DNA of 64,000 bases. Source: a virus. The DNA is taken from IMG/VR virus record IMGVR_UViG_3300040960_001746; one strand, given 5' to 3'. The translations under genes and the position numbers were made by a program. The notes under the pieces are model-generated. The model ran no database searches, had not been told where the DNA came from, and was given only the letters and a program-made list of their open reading frames with translations. Positions 58,987 through 64,000 of this stretch are shown here, piece after piece. How positions within the stretch are numbered: the stretch's first letter is position 1; each line of letters opens with the position of its first letter.

Positions 58987-60988
58987 CGTCTATTTCATTT
59001 TGATCTAACGTAGAGAAATCAACACAACCACCCGCAATATCTCTCTTACCTAATTCATATTCACCACTATAATCCGCTAATGTAACTTCTAAATCTAAAT
59101 CAGATATCCCATTATAGTTTACTATGTTATATACACCATCCACACCACTACTACCAATTAATGAAGATATTTGTGGTCCACTAACAAACGTATATTTCAA
59201 AAATGTTGGGTCACTTAAAAGTTTTAAGAATTTATCCTGTTGGATATTTCCCACATCAGACGCACCTAATGTTATATCTTCTGATATTAATAAAAAATCA
59301 CATGGCGGATCTTGTCTCTCTAAGTAAAAACGTTTATCCAAATATATATAATGTGCACCACTCTCAAATGGGTAATCAACTCCACCACCACTACTATCTA
59401 CAAATCCAATATCTAATAAATCTCTCCATTTATAGACATTAGTTGCAATCTCAGTGGCATAATCAGGTATCTGAAATGATTTTCGTAATTCCACAATATC
59501 TATTGGGTTCGTAATGTTAAATTTATCAATTATTGATTGTAGATTTACTAAAGGATTTATATAGTTCGAATACTCTCTTATTTGTATTAAATTAAATGGT
59601 GTATAAATATAACCCTCATTTTTATTCTCTTTATTACTATCAATAGAATTTAAAAACTCTCTATATATAGTATTAATTCTATGATAAACAACCTCTAATC
59701 TTCTTTCTAATAATTCATTTTCATTATATTCTACAATATCACCATCAAAAAAATCATCGGATTCATCTATGTTTTCATAATATAAAGAACCGACATAGTT
59801 AGGATCTTTATATGAACGTATATTATAATTAATGTTCACATCATTTTCTAAATCATACCCACCCGATATAGGAGTCCAAAATCTTGTGTTAATTGTACTA
59901 CTTAAATTTTGTTGTTGTTCTAACCAGTACTGCGAGTTAACAGATGTTGGATCACTATCATTGTCATTTTTTATAATTGTTAGGTATAATTCACTTAATG
60001 GTCTACCTAAATTATCTACAAGGTTCTTCACATTAACATCAGTCTTAAAATTAAATGCTGCAACATCATCATTAAAATATGTTACACCATACGCCGCAGG
60101 ATATAAATCATAGTCTTTATAATCTATCGTTAAAGATTTAAATCTCCTAACATAATATTCTGATGGTTTATCTTTTACAACTCTTTTAACTGTTGATGTT
60201 CCTAAGTTAAACCCTATCTCTGAAGGATCAATATCAATGATAAAAGTTCTTAATTTTTTATTGTTAGTTTGATTACCTAACTTAAATACCCTATAAAATT
60301 TATCATCTAAATTAAGTGTGTTATTCGCAGTTAAATCAATAAAATTATTTAATTGTATCTTATCACCTTGATTTAAACCATGATTCATTGCAGTTCTAAA
60401 CCCAACATACATTCTACCATTAATCTCAATCTCAAATTGTTCAATAATAGGTATACCATCTTTTAATGTTATTCCTAAATTATTTTTAACTATTTGTATA
60501 TCCTTTTTTTCAAAAGGATAAGTAATCTTTAAAAGGTAGTTTTGTTTACCATCACTATCTAACATTCTTAATCTATCATATCCAGGATCAAAAGGGAAAA
60601 AATCACATAACGCACTTTTATTATCATTAAATTGTAACGCATCTTCATCTGGTTCATCATTATAATATCCTACCCAACCGTCCTTTTCGAAAATTCCCGC
60701 ACTTAAAATTGTTTTAGTTTTTATATTGTTTTGGTTGTCTTCGTAAATTTTAATGTTTTCATTGAATATAGGATTACTAATAACAGGTTTAATCACACCA
60801 TAAAATCTATATATTGTACTTTCTTTTCTTTCTTTTTCGAATTGTTCAAATTGACTGACAGTAGTATCAATATCATTTAGTGGTATTGGTTTATTAGTAT
60901 TCTCCAAACCTAATTGTATCTGTGTAGTCACATTAACATTGTCTGGTAACTTTACACTATTTAATAATATTTTATTTGTTTTTTCCAT
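58976..60988 (-). CDS. Putative structural protein
   Basis: 670-aa ORF in module. Confidence 0.55.
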   Translation of the reverse strand: MEKTNKILLNSVKLPDNVNVTTQIQLGLENTNKPIPLNDIDTTVSQFEQFEKERKESTIYRFYGVIKPVISNPIFNENIKIYEDNQNNIKTKTILSAGIFEKDGWVGYYNDEPDEDALQFNDNKSALCDFFPFDPGYDRLRMLDSDGKQNYLLKITYPFEKKDIQIVKNNLGITLKDGIPIIEQFEIEINGRMYVGFRTAMNHGLNQGDKIQLNNFIDLTANNTLNLDDKFYRVFKLGNQTNNKKLRTFIIDIDPSEIGFNLGTSTVKRVVKDKPSEYYVRRFKSLTIDYKDYDLYPAAYGVTYFNDDVAAFNFKTDVNVKNLVDNLGRPLSELYLTIIKNDNDSDPTSVNSQYWLEQQQNLSSTINTRFWTPISGGYDLENDVNINYNIRSYKDPNYVGSLYYENIDESDDFFDGDIVEYNENELLERRLEVVYHRINTIYREFLNSIDSNKENKNEGYIYTPFNLIQIREYSNYINPLVNLQSIIDKFNITNPIDIVELRKSFQIPDYATEIATNVYKWRDLLDIGFVDSSGGGVDYPFESGAHYIYLDKRFYLERQDPPCDFLLISEDITLGASDVGNIQQDKFLKLLSDPTFLKYTFVSGPQISSLIGSSGVDGVYNIVNYNGISDLDLEVTLADYSGEYELGKRDIAGGCVDFSTLDQNEIDDVC

Positions 60989-60992
60989 TATA

Positions 60993-63900
60993 TTACTGTA
61001 CTTTCACTTTTTTAACTAATGTTTCACCTAAGCAAGTTTTATATACTGTGAATGGATTATCAACCCCATTATTGATGTTAGGCGAATTATTAATATTTTC
61101 TTCCACAGAATCATTACTCGCACCTAAACCTTGTAAAGTAACTTCATTAATTCTATCCGCAAAGAAATTAGATACTGTTTTATGTAACGCAGTTTTACCA
61201 GGTACTAAACCAAAATATAAATAATATGGTGTCTGAGTCCTATTGAATTTAACACCTTTAATTGCCTCACTTCCGTTATTTAAATCATCATTTAATGAAT
61301 TACCATCGAAAATTTCATCTATATTATCTCCCTGTGCAGTTTGACCAAAATCAATTGTATCATTACCATTAGGGTAAGGTATAAATCCAGAAGTTTGTCC
61401 CAGCGCTAAACCATAAAAATAATCTGTATCACCATTTGACTTTGCATTCACATAACCACATCCATCACCAGGTATAAAAGAATCACCATCATTATATTCT
61501 GAATAAACAATTTCACCTCCATCTTCCGCAGGTAGTTGATAATATAAATTTGTACCATCAGATAATGTTATTTCAGGATAGGTATTATACTCATTCTCAA
61601 ACTGTATACTTCCTGGTTTTTGATGGTGGAAACTTAAATCACCCCCTTTATAACCATTAAACCTCCTACAGAAATAATTTCTTATGTCTTCATCATGATC
61701 AAATCTTAAGAAACAACTTCCTATTTCTATACCAATGTCGTTTTTATCGATAATCTCAACACCAACTTGTGATTGGTTTACTGTTGCTGCGATATTAGAA
61801 CAAACAGTACTAGTACAAGAAAACTCAACATATGCTCTTAAGTTTAGTGAAATGTTTTTTCTATCATCATATTTCTTAATAGTTTTTTTAATACCCAAAC
61901 CTTCTAACCCTGTGTATGGACTAGGTGAATTTTCGAACTTATACTTAATATCTTCATAACTAACATTAAATGTTGTCGGTGGTAATTGATCCATAATGAA
62001 TGGTACATCATCAATATCACAATAAACACTACTCCCTAACTCCATAATAGTCGTAGGTAACATTAAATTGGCTTTATATTCTACATTATTATATTTTACA
62101 TCATCATTAGGTATATAAGGCGTATAGTAAATATCACCCTCATTCCAACTTATCAAACCATGTTTTATAATACCAACATAATTATCATACTGACTTTCTG
62201 GATACACACAAGGTCTAACACCATTTGTACCACAATCAGGCGTACAATCATAAGTTTCACATTCTAAACTAGATGTTTGTTCATCCTCAGATTCTGGTTC
62301 TTCAATACCATCAAAGAAATCATCTTCTATAAATTCTTGTGGTGGGACAAATGAGGCATCAGGTACACAATCTAATGAATCTTTAAAATACTCTTTTCGT
62401 TCCACCATTCTTGTATTATCACATATATTTCTATGATGACCATGACCACCAATATTTTCCCAAGTAGAGAATCCATTAGGGTCCTCAGTCTCCACATATT
62501 CTGGTTTACCATGAATACCCTCAACATCCCTATCTTTAACAATAAATGGTATACCTTGCGAGTTAAAAGTATTTTGGAACGATGTAAAATCTTCGAAAAC
62601 AATTTTACACCCATCAAAAGATTGGTTAGTTCCATTAAATTCTAATTCTTTAACCGCCTGATCTAAATTAGGTACCTGTAAATCATTTTCAGGTGTACCA
62701 TACCAGTCAGTCACTCTTTTACCTTTAATTTTAGTAGTACAACCATCAACTGTTATAGATGGATTACTAAATATGATAGATGGTATTTTTATTCTCCATT
62801 GTTTATATGTTGGGTTACCTTGAAAATTACTATTACTTCCTCTTTCTCTACATTCAAAATCACAAAACTTATCTTTTTTTATTTGTCCGAATTTTCTTTT
62901 AGATTTTTTTAATTTATATTTTCTTTTAACTAGCGGGAAGTATAATGAACCTCCTACCCAATCATTGTAGAAATCAAATTTCAACATTCTTAAGAATACC
63001 GCAACAGGTTCCATAACACAAGAAACCCAGTCTTTAATACCAGGAGTTTGTCTACCACCACAATTTACACAACTAGCTAATTTAACAAATGTTGCATTAC
63101 ACCCTAAATCATCCCCAAATGGTGTTTTAATTAATGATAACCTATATTCTTTACCTTCATCTGCACATTTTAATGGTATTAACGGTATTTTTGCACAACA
63201 CTTAGTACAACATTCAGAATTACTCCCACATATTGAATCATTATCAGGGCAACCATAATCAGGATTAGAGCAACAACTATGTTGTTCTAATCCACAGACA
63301 TCTTTACATTTCTTACATAATAACCCACCGAAAATACATTTATTTTTTAAAGACCAACAAGCTCCAAATATTTGTAATTCTCCTGCTGCACAACTAGTAG
63401 CTAAATTACATTTAGTACAAGCGTTACCACCTGACGTAGTACTTGATGTCACAGGTACTTCATAGAATACTGCCCTATAATCACCCACTTGTAGATTGAA
63501 TCTGTCTACGTTATTTGAACCACTGTTAAAATAACACCAATTTCTAGGTACCCCACTAGGATATGGTGTACCAAATGTAGATATATCGGAACAATACTTA
63601 CCATTTACAAAACCAACTGTATTACTTGCCAAAAAATTTTCAGGTATCTGATATGGAGTTGACGCAGGCCACGAAAAAGATGAACCCGGAAAAATACCAG
63701 TTGCGGTACCAAAATATTCATTATAACAACTTCTTAAATCATTTGTACATGTACCTACTTGTGAAACATCATCACACTGGCTTTTTGCATCAAAACATAC
63801 ACCACCTGCGGAAGATAATATATCAGGATCTTCATCATCCCAACCACTACCATTCCATCTTTGACGTATATACTTTATGTTAACAATACCACCTCTTAAT

Positions 63901-64000
63901 GAATAAGCACATATACCCACAGGAAATTTAACATTACATATTGCAGTAATTAATCCATTTATTACATTTAAAATACCATTAATAAATCCTACTACAATTG
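60993..64000 (-). CDS. Large Cys-rich putative virion protein, partial (start beyond right edge)
   Basis: Frame stays open upstream of track start 63920 (IVVGFINGILNVINGLITAICNVKFP...); dense Cys cluster. Confidence 0.65.
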   Translation of the reverse strand, partial: IVVGFINGILNVINGLITAICNVKFPVGICAYSLRGGIVNIKYIRQRWNGSGWDDEDPDILSSAGGVCFDAKSQCDDVSQVGTCTNDLRSCYNEYFGTATGIFPGSSFSWPASTPYQIPENFLASNTVGFVNGKYCSDISTFGTPYPSGVPRNWCYFNSGSNNVDRFNLQVGDYRAVFYEVPVTSSTTSGGNACTKCNLATSCAAGELQIFGACWSLKNKCIFGGLLCKKCKDVCGLEQHSCCSNPDYGCPDNDSICGSNSECCTKCCAKIPLIPLKCADEGKEYRLSLIKTPFGDDLGCNATFVKLASCVNCGGRQTPGIKDWVSCVMEPVAVFLRMLKFDFYNDWVGGSLYFPLVKRKYKLKKSKRKFGQIKKDKFCDFECRERGSNSNFQGNPTYKQWRIKIPSIIFSNPSITVDGCTTKIKGKRVTDWYGTPENDLQVPNLDQAVKELEFNGTNQSFDGCKIVFEDFTSFQNTFNSQGIPFIVKDRDVEGIHGKPEYVETEDPNGFSTWENIGGHGHHRNICDNTRMVERKEYFKDSLDCVPDASFVPPQEFIEDDFFDGIEEPESEDEQTSSLECETYDCTPDCGTNGVRPCVYPESQYDNYVGIIKHGLISWNEGDIYYTPYIPNDDVKYNNVEYKANLMLPTTIMELGSSVYCDIDDVPFIMDQLPPTTFNVSYEDIKYKFENSPSPYTGLEGLGIKKTIKKYDDRKNISLNLRAYVEFSCTSTVCSNIAATVNQSQVGVEIIDKNDIGIEIGSCFLRFDHDEDIRNYFCRRFNGYKGGDLSFHHQKPGSIQFENEYNTYPEITLSDGTNLYYQLPAEDGGEIVYSEYNDGDSFIPGDGCGYVNAKSNGDTDYFYGLALGQTSGFIPYPNGNDTIDFGQTAQGDNIDEIFDGNSLNDDLNNGSEAIKGVKFNRTQTPYYLYFGLVPGKTALHKTVSNFFADRINEVTLQGLGASNDSVEENINNSPNINNGVDNPFTVYKTCLGETLVKKVKVQ

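Noticed and set aside
1-64000. Stop-codon reassignment, DGR or retron
   Set aside because: Genes are full length in the standard code and end in TAA, TAG or TGA; no reverse transcriptase or template/variable repeat pair seen

Overview
A strongly AT-rich, gene-dense 64-kb segment of a large tailed phage genome (jumbo-type Caudoviricetes), read with the standard genetic code and mostly on the minus strand. The host is very likely Bacteroidota: seven bipartite TTTG-N19/20-TATATTTG promoters, a Bacteroidota-type sigma70 without region 1.1, an Hc1-like nucleoid protein, and a Flavobacteria-like beta-propeller. Left to right: two DNA methyltransferases plus a putative nuclease; DnaJ; a Ro60/TROVE-related vWA protein (DUF2828-type) followed by ~470 nt of GC-enriched, highly structured non-coding DNA that resolves into two RNAs sharing terminal motifs; a ~76-nt twin-loop small RNA with its own promoter; a LAGLIDADG endonuclease; putative head-packaged proteins with shared leader motifs; peptidoglycan hydrolases and lysis genes; sigma factor; an Mre11/Rad50 (SbcDC) pair with an apparently relocated domain boundary; exonuclease; primase; a TnpB-only IS200/IS605 element with resolvable ends; RuvC; and a ~25-kb module of very large, Cys-rich tail/baseplate proteins that runs off the right edge. 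The best candidates for an undescribed system are the Ro-like protein with its tandem structured RNAs (6790-8699) and the twin-loop sRNA (9229-9304). All family calls come from motif recognition by eye; no searches or folding programs were run.
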